From: an uncultured Spirochaetaceae bacterium | GTDB lineage: Bacteria; Spirochaetota; Spirochaetia; DSM-27196; SLST01 | Length of the DNA stretch: 64,000 nucleotides | Direction: 5' to 3' | NCBI GenBank assembly: GCA_964599075.1 | Contig: CAZREG010000002.1 | Span: forward strand, 40,176-104,175 | Shown: piece by piece, positions 27,105-35,262 of the stretch | Numbering within the stretch: position 1 is the stretch's first letter | How the letters are laid out: each line of letters starts with the position of its first letter | Notes under the pieces: generated by a model | Seen by the model: only the letters and a program-made list of their open reading frames with translations | Told to the model about the DNA's origin: nothing | Database searches by the model: none | Program-made: the position numbers and the translations under genes

Positions 27105-27933
27105 CCTTGGCCTGAGGTTCCTTACTGTTCTTTGTGCGGAAGAGTTTTAGTGCGTGGTTGATGCGCAGTTTGTACGCGACGGGCACGCTCTCCTCCTTGT
27201 ACTGGATGCCAAACACAGCAACGTCTTCGCGACCCTCCACCGGATTGAAGCGAACTATCGTTCCAGGAACACTTATCACCTCATCAGGATCATAGAAGGC
27301 GAGTCTGCAGGTGGTTTCCTTGTTCTGAAGGAGTTTAGGAACTCCCATCAGAATCGCTCTGCAGCCCGAGAAGCTAAGATCACGGTAGATGACCTTGCGA
27401 GGTACTCCTTCTACAGTGATGGTGCACCTCGCGGGCACAATGGCCAGCTGCTGAATGCTGTGCGGGGTGAGTTCTATCCGTTCCTCCGCCCGGCGTTTTG
27501 CATTCACGTTCGCCTCAAGCAGACGGCCTATGATCTCAATCAGATCGTCCGGCGGTCGCTGAGTGAACTGCAGGCTCGCAAAGAAGAGCTCCTTGTTTTT
27601 CTCGCCATATGGATTGATGCCTGACACTTTTGCCGGGACAAAAAACGATATGGAGTCCTGCTTGTCCGCCGTCAGAAAGCTGAATCGCAGTTGGACGGTG
27701 TTTGTGTTGTTGCGCAGGGCTTCATTGAGGCTACCTGACAGATTCGCTAAAATCTTTGCAGCAGTCATTGAGGAGGAGTAGAGGATACAGGGCCACTGTG
27801 ATCCCTGAGCCTTAATGTAGATCTGTTTGGTATTCAGCAGGGTGGCACGGATGACTTCACGGGTGAAGGTAACCTCCGCCTGAGAGTAGTCCTGGAAGTA
27901 TCGTGTTATCTGTTGACTGGTTGTAACCGCCAT
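27097..27933 (-). CDS. PlzA-like PilZ-domain c-di-GMP receptor (N-terminal PilZ-like domain plus canonical PilZ)
   Basis: RAEER (RxxxR) followed by DLSFSG (DxSxxG). At 278 aa it is similar in size to the spirochaetal PlzA type. Confidence 0.7.
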   Translation of the reverse strand: MAVTTSQQITRYFQDYSQAEVTFTREVIRATLLNTKQIYIKAQGSQWPCILYSSSMTAAKILANLSGSLNEALRNNTNTVQLRFSFLTADKQDSISFFVPAKVSGINPYGEKNKELFFASLQFTQRPPDDLIEIIGRLLEANVNAKRRAEERIELTPHSIQQLAIVPARCTITVEGVPRKVIYRDLSFSGCRAILMGVPKLLQNKETTCRLAFYDPDEVISVPGTIVRFNPVEGREDVAVFGIQYKEESVPVAYKLRINHALKLFRTKNSKEPQAKDE

Positions 27934-27944
27934 CGGGCTCGCAA

Positions 27945-27973
27945 AGTGTAGATAAACCGGTGGGCAAAGTCAA
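27945..27973 (-). promoter_or_regulatory. Sigma70-type promoter of the PlzA-like/TPR operon (very short leader)
   Basis: Minus strand TTGACT-N17-TACACT, 11 nt, ATG 27933. No SD. Confidence 0.5.
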
Positions 27974-27981
27974 TTCTGCGA

Positions 27982-27990
27982 GGGGGGGGG
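27982..27990. repeat. G9/C9 homopolymeric tract in a divergent intergenic region
   Basis: Nine consecutive G, 3 nt before ATG 27994 (+) and 8 nt upstream of the -35 of the minus-strand promoter. Confidence 0.95.
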
Positions 27991-27993
27991 TGC

Positions 27994-28374
27994 ATGCTCT
28001 ACGAGTGGGATGGAATCCGGCAGCGGCCGGAGGAGGGGCACAGAACCTGGTATACCGATGAAGCGATGGACCTTATTGTCTGGAGAGCACACACCGACGG
28101 TCCTGCAACCGGTTTCCAGCTCTGCTACGACAAGGACGCCCAGGAGAAAGCTCTCTCCTGGTATGCCGACGGCCGCGTCACTCACACCAGGATAGACGCC
28201 GGGGAGAGCCGGCCAGGGACCTTCAAGGGAAGTCCAGTTCTTGCAGATGACGTTACGCTCGACGGCCAGGCGCTCGCACGGCAGTTTCGCGATCGCTCTC
28301 AGCAGCTTGATACGGAGGTCCGACGGCTTGTGCTAGATGTGCTGAATAATCAGTCGAAATCGGGGGAGTTGTGA
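27994..28374 (+). CDS. Hypothetical 126-aa protein
   Basis: ATG lies 3 nt after a G9 tract that can serve as SD. No motif recognised. Its 3' end overlaps the zapA 3' end by 25 nt (convergent). Confidence 0.4.
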   Translation: MLYEWDGIRQRPEEGHRTWYTDEAMDLIVWRAHTDGPATGFQLCYDKDAQEKALSWYADGRVTHTRIDAGESRPGTFKGSPVLADDVTLDGQALARQFRDRSQQLDTEVRRLVLDVLNNQSKSGEL

Positions 28375-28643
28375 TTGCTGAGAGCCTGCTCGAGCTCGCC
28401 AATGAGTGACTCGGTGAGCTGGTTCACTTCCACCTGAGATTGGCGGCTGGCACCGTTGAGTTTCAGATACTCATCCGAGGCTAGAATGCCGGCAAGGATC
28501 GCAAGCTTCAGCGGGTCTGCAGTCGTGCCGCTGTTCACTACTTCCTCTACCTTCTTTCGGTAGTGTTCCACGACTTCTGCCAGATACGCCGGATCCTCAT
28601 CAGTTCGAACGGTAAACGCCGTGCCCAGGATCTCGATTCGCAT
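28350..28643 (-). CDS. zapA: Cell division protein ZapA
   Basis: ILGTAFTVRTDEDPAYLAEVVEHYRKKVEEV...LKLAILAGILASDEY, a typical ZapA pattern. Confidence 0.8.
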   Translation of the reverse strand: MRIEILGTAFTVRTDEDPAYLAEVVEHYRKKVEEVVNSGTTADPLKLAILAGILASDEYLKLNGASRQSQVEVNQLTESLIGELEQALSNHNSPDFD

Positions 28644-29050
28644 CAGAAGATATCGAGCTCCGGTTCTTCGTCCTCTTCTCCGTCGAGTTCCTCTTCGTCT
28701 GTGCTCACTTCCGCTTCTTCTGGTGTATCCGGCGCAGAACTGGCAGGGGAGGGCTCTCCGGCTTCAGCGGTGCCGGGTGACTCATTGCCGGTTTCACCTT
28801 CCGGCGTCTGTGGCTCAGAAACACGGTCCTCAAGCTGATCGAGATGTCTGAGAACTGATACAATTCCGGCCTCGATCTCAGCCTGGTCACTTTTGAAGGC
28901 GTCCACCAGCTTCTGCAGCTCGCCGAGTCTCTGCTCGTACTCCGCGAGCTGTGAGCGAAGGGTCAGGTTGTCCTGGTCGAGCGACTGGATTCTGGACACG
29001 GCGGCATGCACACGCTGTTCCAGCTTCCGTATCTGCTCAATACTCACCAT
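28643..29050 (-). CDS. ZapB-like coiled-coil protein with acidic C-terminal tail
   Basis: N-terminal heptad-rich IEQIRKLEQRV...LTLRSQLAEYEQRLGELQ. Coupled to zapA (1-nt overlap). E/D-rich tail. Confidence 0.5.
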   Translation of the reverse strand: MVSIEQIRKLEQRVHAAVSRIQSLDQDNLTLRSQLAEYEQRLGELQKLVDAFKSDQAEIEAGIVSVLRHLDQLEDRVSEPQTPEGETGNESPGTAEAGEPSPASSAPDTPEEAEVSTDEEELDGEEDEEPELDIF

Positions 29051-29062
29051 TGGTCCACGTAC

Positions 29063-29416
29063 CTACAGTGCACCCTTCGCCTTCTCGACGAGCGCCTTGA
29101 ACGCGTCCCTGTCTTCAATCGCGAGGTTAGAGAGGGCTTTGCGGTTCATCTGTACGTTCGCCCTTTTTAGTCCGTTTATGAACCGACTGTAGCTCATCCC
29201 TTCTGCGCGGCAACCGGCAGATATGCGGGTAATCCAGAGCGTTCGAAACTCCCGTTTCTTCGCCTTCCGGTCGCGATACGCGTAACTGAGGCTTTTGGCA
29301 ACCGCGTCCTTCGCGGTGCGGTAGAGCTTGCTTCTGCGCCCCCAGTAACCCTTTGCAAGTTTGAGCACCTTCTTGCGACGATTCTTGTGCCGCGTTCCAT
29401 CTACTGCGCGTGGCAT
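29063..29416 (-). CDS. rplT: 50S ribosomal protein L20
   Basis: MPRAVDGTRHKNRRKKVLKLAKGYWGRRSKLYRTAKDAV. Confidence 0.95.
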   Translation of the reverse strand: MPRAVDGTRHKNRRKKVLKLAKGYWGRRSKLYRTAKDAVAKSLSYAYRDRKAKKREFRTLWITRISAGCRAEGMSYSRFINGLKRANVQMNRKALSNLAIEDRDAFKALVEKAKGAL

Positions 29417-29424
29417 ACGTTCTC

Positions 29425-29637
29425 CTAATTGTACGGCAGGAGCTTCTGCGCGCGCTTCTCTTCAGCCGGGCTGAGAATGCCCGCCTTTCGGAGGTTTCGC
29501 TTTCGCTTCTGCGCCTTCTTGGTAAGGATATGGCGAAGGCCCTGCTTCTTGTACTTTATCTTACCGGTTGCGGTCTTTTTGTAGCGCTTCGCTGCGCTCC
29601 GTCTGGTTTTCATCTTTGGCATATGTTTCTCCGTCAA
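29425..29637 (-). CDS. rpmI: 50S ribosomal protein L35
   Basis: [35 protein letters not shown]. Confidence 0.95.
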   Translation of the reverse strand: MTEKHMPKMKTRRSAAKRYKKTATGKIKYKKQGLRHILTKKAQKRKRNLRKAGILSPAEEKRAQKLLPYN

Positions 29638-30155
29638 CCTTTCTTTGCTTTGGGACTGATCGTCATCGACATGAATCGCCCCTCCATTGCCGGAGCGCGA
29701 TCTACAACAACCTCGCGATCAAGTAGTTCAAGCACTTTGGCCAGCACGTCCTTGCCGCGCTCGGTATGCGCGAGCTCCCGACCACGAAACCTGATGGTTA
29801 CCTTTACTTTGGATCCCTTGTCGAGAAACTCACCAACGTGCTTCGCTTTGAAAGCCAGGTCGTGAGTGTCAATCTTGGGCTGCATGCGGATCTCTTTGAG
29901 TTCCTGCTGCTTTTGCCTTTTCTTGTTCTCGCGGTTTCTCTTCTCCTGCTCAAACTTGAACTTACCGTAGTCAAGGAGTCGACAGACCGGCGGAATAGCG
30001 TTTGGCGCAATCTCCACGAGATCAACCCCCTTCTCCTGGGCCATCTTCCTCGCTTCAAGTGTGGGAACAATTCCGAGCTGCTCGTTATCCTCGTCAATGA
30101 GGCGAACCTCCCGTACCCGTATCAAGTCGTTTGTCCGTAGGTCTTTAGTAGCCAA
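29634..30155 (-). CDS. infC: Translation initiation factor IF-3
   Basis: [19 protein letters not shown]...[17 protein letters not shown]. The start is TTG directly after an in-frame TGA, with GGAAGGGGG SD. A non-AUG start is typical of infC autoregulation. Confidence 0.95.
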   Translation of the reverse strand: MATKDLRTNDLIRVREVRLIDEDNEQLGIVPTLEARKMAQEKGVDLVEIAPNAIPPVCRLLDYGKFKFEQEKRNRENKKRQKQQELKEIRMQPKIDTHDLAFKAKHVGEFLDKGSKVKVTIRFRGRELAHTERGKDVLAKVLELLDREVVVDRAPAMEGRFMSMTISPKAKKG

Positions 30156-30218
30156 TCAGCCCCCTTCCTGGTCATCTCATCCTTAGACCATGTAGAATAC
30201 CATCCGGTCCATGGAGAG

Positions 30219-30845
30219 TCAAACCTTCGAGCCTTGTTCTCCAGTAATCACAAAACAGCATTCGGTACTCATCATATTTGCGAGCGGACTTCCCACGCGG
30301 CGTCCATGACGCAGGTCGATTGCCTTTTCAATGGAGAAGCCGAACTCCCGGCACAGCGTTACGAAGTCCCGTCTCGTGCAGAAGTGGATATTTGGCGTAT
30401 TGTACCACTGGAACGGGATCTCCTGGTTGACCGGCATCCTTCCACGGAAGAAAAGCTGGATGCGATTGAGGAAATAGCCAAAGTTGGGAAAGTTGATAAT
30501 TGCCCGGCTTCCCACCCGCACCATTTCGTGGAGCAGGCCGACCGGATCTCGAACAACCTGCAGCGTCTCATTGAGGATTACGTAGTCGTAGCTGCTCGTT
30601 GCAAACTCCATGAGCCCCTGGTCCAGATCGCCCTGGAAAACGCTGATCCCTTTCCGCACGCACGCTCTGATGTGTGCCTCGTCGATCTCCACACCGCGGC
30701 CCACGGTCTCTCGATGCTCCCGCAACAGCTGGAGAAGTTCTCCGTCTCCGCACCCGAGATCAAGCACCTTGGAGCCTGGTTCCACCAGCTCGGCGATCTT
30801 CTGGTAGCTGAAGCGGCGTCTTCCCGACTGCGGCTCGCGGGTCAT
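30219..30845 (-). CDS. metW: Methionine biosynthesis protein MetW
   Basis: SAM-MTase-like VLDLGCGDGELL and the conserved MetW C-terminus NTPNIHFCTRRDF. Coupled to metX (4-nt overlap). Confidence 0.85.
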   Translation of the reverse strand: MTREPQSGRRRFSYQKIAELVEPGSKVLDLGCGDGELLQLLREHRETVGRGVEIDEAHIRACVRKGISVFQGDLDQGLMEFATSSYDYVILNETLQVVRDPVGLLHEMVRVGSRAIINFPNFGYFLNRIQLFFRGRMPVNQEIPFQWYNTPNIHFCTRRDFVTLCREFGFSIEKAIDLRHGRRVGSPLANMMSTECCFVITGEQGSKV

Positions 30846-31981
30846 TGGTCACCTCCCGGGAGCGTCCCGAGAAAGCCGGAGATCAGGGCTCCCTGTCGGT
30901 TTGTTTCAAGCAGGAAGGAATCGTGCCCGAATGGCGAGTCAATCTCTGTGTAGCTGACCTCCCGGTCCCGGCGCATGAGCGCAACGACGATCTCCCGGCT
31001 CTGGTAAGAGGGGTAGAGCCAATCTGAGGTGAAGCTCACGATCAGGAAGCGGGCGGCAGACCGGGAAAAGGCATCCTCCAGCGTTCCGTAGCTTTCGGCA
31101 AGATCGAAGTAATCGATTGCCTTTGAGAGGTAGATGTAGGTGTTTGCATCAAATCGATCTACGAAGGTTCCTCCCTTGTACTCCAGATAGCTCTCTACCT
31201 CGAATTGATCTGAGAAATCAAAGCCGAACTGATCGCGTTCCTGCAGACGGCGTCCGAACTTCTCGCGCATCGACTCGTCGGAGAGGTAGGTGATATGACC
31301 TACCATTCGTGCGATAGAGAGTCCCCGCGCCGGTGGTGTGCGTCCGTAATAGTTACCGTCGTTCCAGAGTGCGTCCGACATGATCGCGTTTCGACCAACC
31401 GCGTTGAACGCAATTGCCTGGGCGCTCGGACGAGCGGTGCTGGCGAGCACAATCGCTCCTGCGACCCGGTCGGGAAAGCGCACCGCCCACTCGAGTGCCT
31501 GCATTCCTCCCATCGAGCCACCTGCGACGGCAAGCAACCTTTTGATTCCCAGGTGGGAGATCAGTCGCTCCTGGACCTGTACCATGTCTCCTATAGTAAT
31601 GATGGGGAAGGTGACGCCGTAGGGCACTCCGGTGTCAGGGTCCACGGAGCCGGGGCCGGTGGTTCCCTGGCAGCCTCCGAGAACGTTGGAACAGATCACG
31701 AAGTAGCGGCTGGTGTCGAATGGTTTTCCGGGCCCGATCATGGTGTCCCACCAACCGGCTCGGGGGTCCTGTTCACTGTGTCGGCCTGCCGCGTGTGCGT
31801 CGCCACTGAAAGCGTGCACTATGAGGATTGCGTTCGACCGCCGGCTGTTCAACGAGCCGTAGGTCTCGAATCGCACCGTGACCGGACCGAACCGCGTGCC
31901 GCTGTCCAGGGGCAGCAGATCGTCCTTGGTGGTGGCGAATGTGAACTCCTGTGGCGTGACGATAATGCTCTCGTCTGTCAT
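30842..31981 (-). CDS. metX: Homoserine O-acetyltransferase
   Basis: Alpha/beta-hydrolase nucleophile elbow GGSMGGMQALEW, HAFSGDAHAAG, GHDSFLLE. Confidence 0.9.
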   Translation of the reverse strand: MTDESIIVTPQEFTFATTKDDLLPLDSGTRFGPVTVRFETYGSLNSRRSNAILIVHAFSGDAHAAGRHSEQDPRAGWWDTMIGPGKPFDTSRYFVICSNVLGGCQGTTGPGSVDPDTGVPYGVTFPIITIGDMVQVQERLISHLGIKRLLAVAGGSMGGMQALEWAVRFPDRVAGAIVLASTARPSAQAIAFNAVGRNAIMSDALWNDGNYYGRTPPARGLSIARMVGHITYLSDESMREKFGRRLQERDQFGFDFSDQFEVESYLEYKGGTFVDRFDANTYIYLSKAIDYFDLAESYGTLEDAFSRSAARFLIVSFTSDWLYPSYQSREIVVALMRRDREVSYTEIDSPFGHDSFLLETNRQGALISGFLGTLPGGDQ

Positions 31982-31987
31982 CACGCC

Positions 31988-32016
31988 TGTCTACCTGTTC
32001 CGGTTCCGGCTGTCAA
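31988..32016 (-). promoter_or_regulatory. Sigma70-type promoter of metX-metW with leaderless geometry
   Basis: Minus strand TTGACA-N17-TAGACA, then 6 nt (ggcgtg), then ATG 31981. No SD. Confidence 0.55.
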
Positions 32017-32057
32017 TGCTATGCACCCTACGCACTTTGTGGTAGGTTTCCACCACT

Positions 32058-32711
32058 GTGCAGTTGTTCATGATTGTTGCGGTTCCATTCGGCTATCTGT
32101 ACTATCTCACGCTCCGCGGGGAATCCGGACAACCGGGCGGGGTGGTGGGAAAGTCTGCCGTGCGTGGACTCGTCTATGGATTGATTCTCTCCTTTGTCCT
32201 GCTGCTGGTGCGTCGGTTCGTCGATCATGCCGACTCCGGGGCCGGCCTGTTCTGGTTCCTCGCGATGCACGACCTCTGGCTTCCCTCATTTATACTGTTC
32301 GGGTTCTACCTGCTTTCCACACCTGACGTGCGTGGCACGCCGGACTCAGAACGGCGACTCGGGCTCGTGAGCTTTTTCGCCGGGGGCCTGGGGCTCATCA
32401 GCGTTCTCGACCTCTTCGCACGCGCAAATTATCACGGAGTCTACGAGCTCTTCCAGCTTCCGAGCCTGCGGATTGCCCTTATGATAGCATTTCCGATGCT
32501 TTACTACCTCTACAGTGAAGAGACGTTCTGGATTCGATATCTCTACCTGAGCGCCTTGATTATACTGCCGCTCCTGCTTGCGTTTGTGGGTCTGCTGACG
32601 TGGGCCGGCTACGCGCTGTTCGGTTCTCTTGTAGCCGTGGTTCTGGTAGCCGCCTCCTTTGCTGGAGCAGTGTTCGTGGGTGCAACAGGCCGATCATCAG
32701 TGTTCTTTTGA
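32058..32711 (+). CDS. Integral membrane protein, unknown function
   Basis: About six hydrophobic segments. GTG start. Confidence 0.5.
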   Translation: MQLFMIVAVPFGYLYYLTLRGESGQPGGVVGKSAVRGLVYGLILSFVLLLVRRFVDHADSGAGLFWFLAMHDLWLPSFILFGFYLLSTPDVRGTPDSERRLGLVSFFAGGLGLISVLDLFARANYHGVYELFQLPSLRIALMIAFPMLYYLYSEETFWIRYLYLSALIILPLLLAFVGLLTWAGYALFGSLVAVVLVAASFAGAVFVGATGRSSVFF

Positions 32712-33571
32712 CTCCGCGTACCGTTTACCCATGGCGAGCTCTCGTTCTCATTACGCTGCTCTGGCTGATGGCCGGTTGCACTCCGGTATTTGAGTTTATC
32801 GGAGACCCGGTGCTTGCCCAGTCACTTGCAGATCGTGAAGCCTGGGGGCAGCGCTTTCATTCTGTGGTGTCGGAGTACGGATACCGCGTGCGAATCAATT
32901 GGCCCGCAACCGACGAGCTCTCAGAGGTGCAACCGCATGAGGCGATAGCAGACTCGTCCGCGCGAGTCATCCTTCTCTCCCCCTACCAGAGCCTGGTGCT
33001 TGAAGCGTTGCAGGAGTCACCACGGAGCGTAGTTGCCGGGATCGCCGGGGCACCGGTGAGCGAGACTCCCTTCGACCTGACTGTGGCTTTTGATCCGATT
33101 CCGGCCTGGGAACAGGCCGGAGTATACGCGGCACGCTGGCAGGCAGAGGGGTCTGACAGAGAGGTGGTTCTCTTTCTGTCCGAACCGGCCCGGCTTGAGG
33201 GTGAGGCTTTTTCCCGCGGGTTCAGCGAGAGCAATGAGATTCCGCCGCTTGTTATCGAGCGTTTTCGCGATCTTCCCAACAGACAGCTGCTTGCCGACGC
33301 TCTCCGTCGCTACCCGCAGGGAGTTGATACTCTCTTTGTGTTTTTGCTTGATCGAGCAAATCAGACGGCGCTCGAGTTGACCCGTTCATCAACGGTGAGG
33401 CTCGGGTTGCGTGGTGTGGATCCTGCGTTCGATCCCGTTCGGATCCTTTTCTCCGTGAACGACGACCTGATACGCGCGGCAGGTGCAGTGGCCGCCAAAG
33501 TTAACACGGGCCAGGGAGACGGGCCTTTGATCGTCGAGTCCTCGTTCGTTGCGGGTGAGGCGCTGCGATAG
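32708..33571 (+). CDS. Putative lipoprotein, unknown function
   Basis: TTG 32708 overlaps the upstream stop (TTGA). It gives MTPRTVYPWRALVLITLLWLMAGC, a signal peptide with a lipobox-like MAGC. Confidence 0.45.
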   Translation: MTPRTVYPWRALVLITLLWLMAGCTPVFEFIGDPVLAQSLADREAWGQRFHSVVSEYGYRVRINWPATDELSEVQPHEAIADSSARVILLSPYQSLVLEALQESPRSVVAGIAGAPVSETPFDLTVAFDPIPAWEQAGVYAARWQAEGSDREVVLFLSEPARLEGEAFSRGFSESNEIPPLVIERFRDLPNRQLLADALRRYPQGVDTLFVFLLDRANQTALELTRSSTVRLGLRGVDPAFDPVRILFSVNDDLIRAAGAVAAKVNTGQGDGPLIVESSFVAGEALR

Positions 33572-33613
33572 GGCCTGGACGTGAGCGGTACCGTTGAGTT
33601 GCGGGAAAAGTGT

Positions 33614-33642
33614 TTGACACTAGTTGGGGCGGGAAATATACT
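33614..33642 (+). promoter_or_regulatory. Sigma70-type promoter of flaA1-flaA2
   Basis: TTGACA-N17-TATACT, followed by a 67-nt leader with an AAGGAG SD. Confidence 0.6.
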
Positions 33643-33709
33643 CGAACAAGAACCCGGCATGTGCCGTTCAACTGTGCGGTTGGCCGGACTATAACGAAGG
33701 AGCAAGCGC

Positions 33710-34477
33710 ATGAAACGAGGCATCATCGTCTCGATTTTGCTGGTACTCTTCCTCTCTGGTGCTGCATTTGGCCAGGAGGTGACTACCAACATGCAGTCAG
33801 TTGTCCTGGAGGACTTTGACGGCGACAACAGCCGCTGGATTGTCCGAGGTGGCAAGTTTCTGGCTACCGAAGAAGAGTATCCTGACGTCGAGTTTCCGTT
33901 CCAGTATCAGATCGTGGACGGAATCTGGCCGCAAGCTATGGGACAACCGGACGATACCAACTCCGACGCTCCTGACAGCCCTGGCGTGATGGGTGTGCAG
34001 GCAAGCTTCACCCGTCGCGGCTACAACTGGCTTGAGTTCATTCCGGTTGAAGACGAGGATGACGACGACGGGAACCCGGTATTGCGACCGATCATCATTC
34101 CGGGCCGCCCGGAACGCCTTGACATCTGGGCGTGGGGATCGAATTACGAGTACTACCTGGAGTTCCAGGTTCGTGACTACAGGGGTATCGTCCACAATAT
34201 TCGGGTCGGAGACATCAGTTACGCCGGTTGGCGGAACCTTGGAGCTCGTATCCCGAACAACATCCCGCGCGCGGTCCGATTCATACCGCAGCGAAGGCAG
34301 CTGGAGCTGCTGAAGGTGGTGCTCTGGACCCGACCCGACGAATCGGTGGCTGGATTCCACTTCTATATGGACCAGATAAAGGTCCTCACCGATGTGTTTC
34401 AGAATCCGTTCGATGGCGAAGGCCTGGCAAATCCGGAATTCGTTCAGGAAGTCTGGGGCTCGGAACAGCCACAGTAG
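33710..34477 (+). CDS. flaA: Flagellar filament outer-layer (sheath) protein FlaA, paralogue 1
   Basis: Sec signal peptide. FlaA-family blocks LEDFDG, GVQASFTRRGYNWLEFIP, IWAWGSNYEYYLEFQVRDYRG, GWRNLGARIP, FHFYMDQIKVLTDVF. Acidic insert EDEDDDDG. Confidence 0.8.
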   Translation: MKRGIIVSILLVLFLSGAAFGQEVTTNMQSVVLEDFDGDNSRWIVRGGKFLATEEEYPDVEFPFQYQIVDGIWPQAMGQPDDTNSDAPDSPGVMGVQASFTRRGYNWLEFIPVEDEDDDDGNPVLRPIIIPGRPERLDIWAWGSNYEYYLEFQVRDYRGIVHNIRVGDISYAGWRNLGARIPNNIPRAVRFIPQRRQLELLKVVLWTRPDESVAGFHFYMDQIKVLTDVFQNPFDGEGLANPEFVQEVWGSEQPQ

Positions 34478-34486
34478 GGGAATAGC

Positions 34487-35194
34487 ATGAGAAAGATACT
34501 TCTTCTTACCGTACTTGTACTCTCGGCAGCTGGAGTTGCGTTCTCCCAGAACGCCGGTGCAGCAACTGACGGTGCCGCAATTGGTGTTGATACCGCACAA
34601 CAGAACCTTCAGGAGATCTCGATCTCCAAGTTCGAGGACAGTGGATTCTGGCGAGTGTATATGCCGATCGACCAGGGCGTTATCCAGGCACGACGATTCG
34701 AAGGTGGTCCGGCCGGAAAGGAACCACTGGAGGAAGAGGAAGCCATTGGCATCCAGACTCCTGACGAGCATGTCCTGGGCGTGAAGGCCAGTTTCTTCCG
34801 CCGCGGCAACTCCGAGATCTTCATCCAGCCGCTTCGGCCGCTTCAGGTGCCCGGGATAGCCAAGACGATCAGCGTCTGGGTTGTCGGGCGGAACTTCAAT
34901 CACACCCTTTACGCGGTTGTGGGTGACTACTTCGGGAACGTGAACACGCTGAATATGGGAACCCTCAACCACTCCGGTTGGCGGGAACTGACCGTTGCCG
35001 TGCCTCCCACGCTCAGGCAGATGGATCAGAACTACGGCGATCGGATGGGAGTTCAGATCCTCGGGTTTATGATTGTCCCTGCGCTCCTTGAGACGTACGG
35101 TACGTACTATGTCTACTTTGACGGTCTGACGGTACTTACCGACCTCTTTGCAGAGGAGAGCCGGGATATCGACGACATGGTCGACTCCTGGTAG
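34487..35194 (+). CDS. flaA: Flagellar filament outer-layer (sheath) protein FlaA, paralogue 2
   Basis: Sec signal peptide. FEDSGFW, GVKASFFRRGNSEIFIQP, VWVVGRNFNHTLYAVVGDYFG, GWRELTVAVP, YYVYFDGLTVLTDLF. Confidence 0.8.
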   Translation: MRKILLLTVLVLSAAGVAFSQNAGAATDGAAIGVDTAQQNLQEISISKFEDSGFWRVYMPIDQGVIQARRFEGGPAGKEPLEEEEAIGIQTPDEHVLGVKASFFRRGNSEIFIQPLRPLQVPGIAKTISVWVVGRNFNHTLYAVVGDYFGNVNTLNMGTLNHSGWRELTVAVPPTLRQMDQNYGDRMGVQILGFMIVPALLETYGTYYVYFDGLTVLTDLFAEESRDIDDMVDSW

Positions 35195-35212
35195 GTTTCT
35201 GCCGCGTACATG

Positions 35213-35240
35213 GCCCGCTCGATGAGAGCGGGCTTTTTTT
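35213..35240 (+). terminator. Rho-independent terminator after flaA2
   Basis: GCCCGCTC-gatga-GAGCGGGC followed by T7. Confidence 0.85.
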
Positions 35241-35262
35241 GTACCTGGGACAATGTCGGTAT

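Noticed and set aside
31985-32057. Possible SAM riboswitch upstream of metX
   Set aside because: Only about 75 nt is available. None of the conserved SAM-I or SAM-II elements is recognisable, and the promoter geometry places the TSS at the ATG itself.
32600-32707. Long 5' extension of the lipoprotein ORF overlapping the upstream membrane-protein gene by 110 nt
   Set aside because: TTG 32708 overlaps the upstream stop and yields a proper signal peptide and lipobox. The extension encodes an R/S/C-rich sequence.
33797-34972. 391-aa ORF antisense to both flaA genes
   Set aside because: It spans the flaA1-flaA2 intergenic gap and has no SD or recognisable domains. The plus-strand genes have signal peptides and FlaA family blocks.
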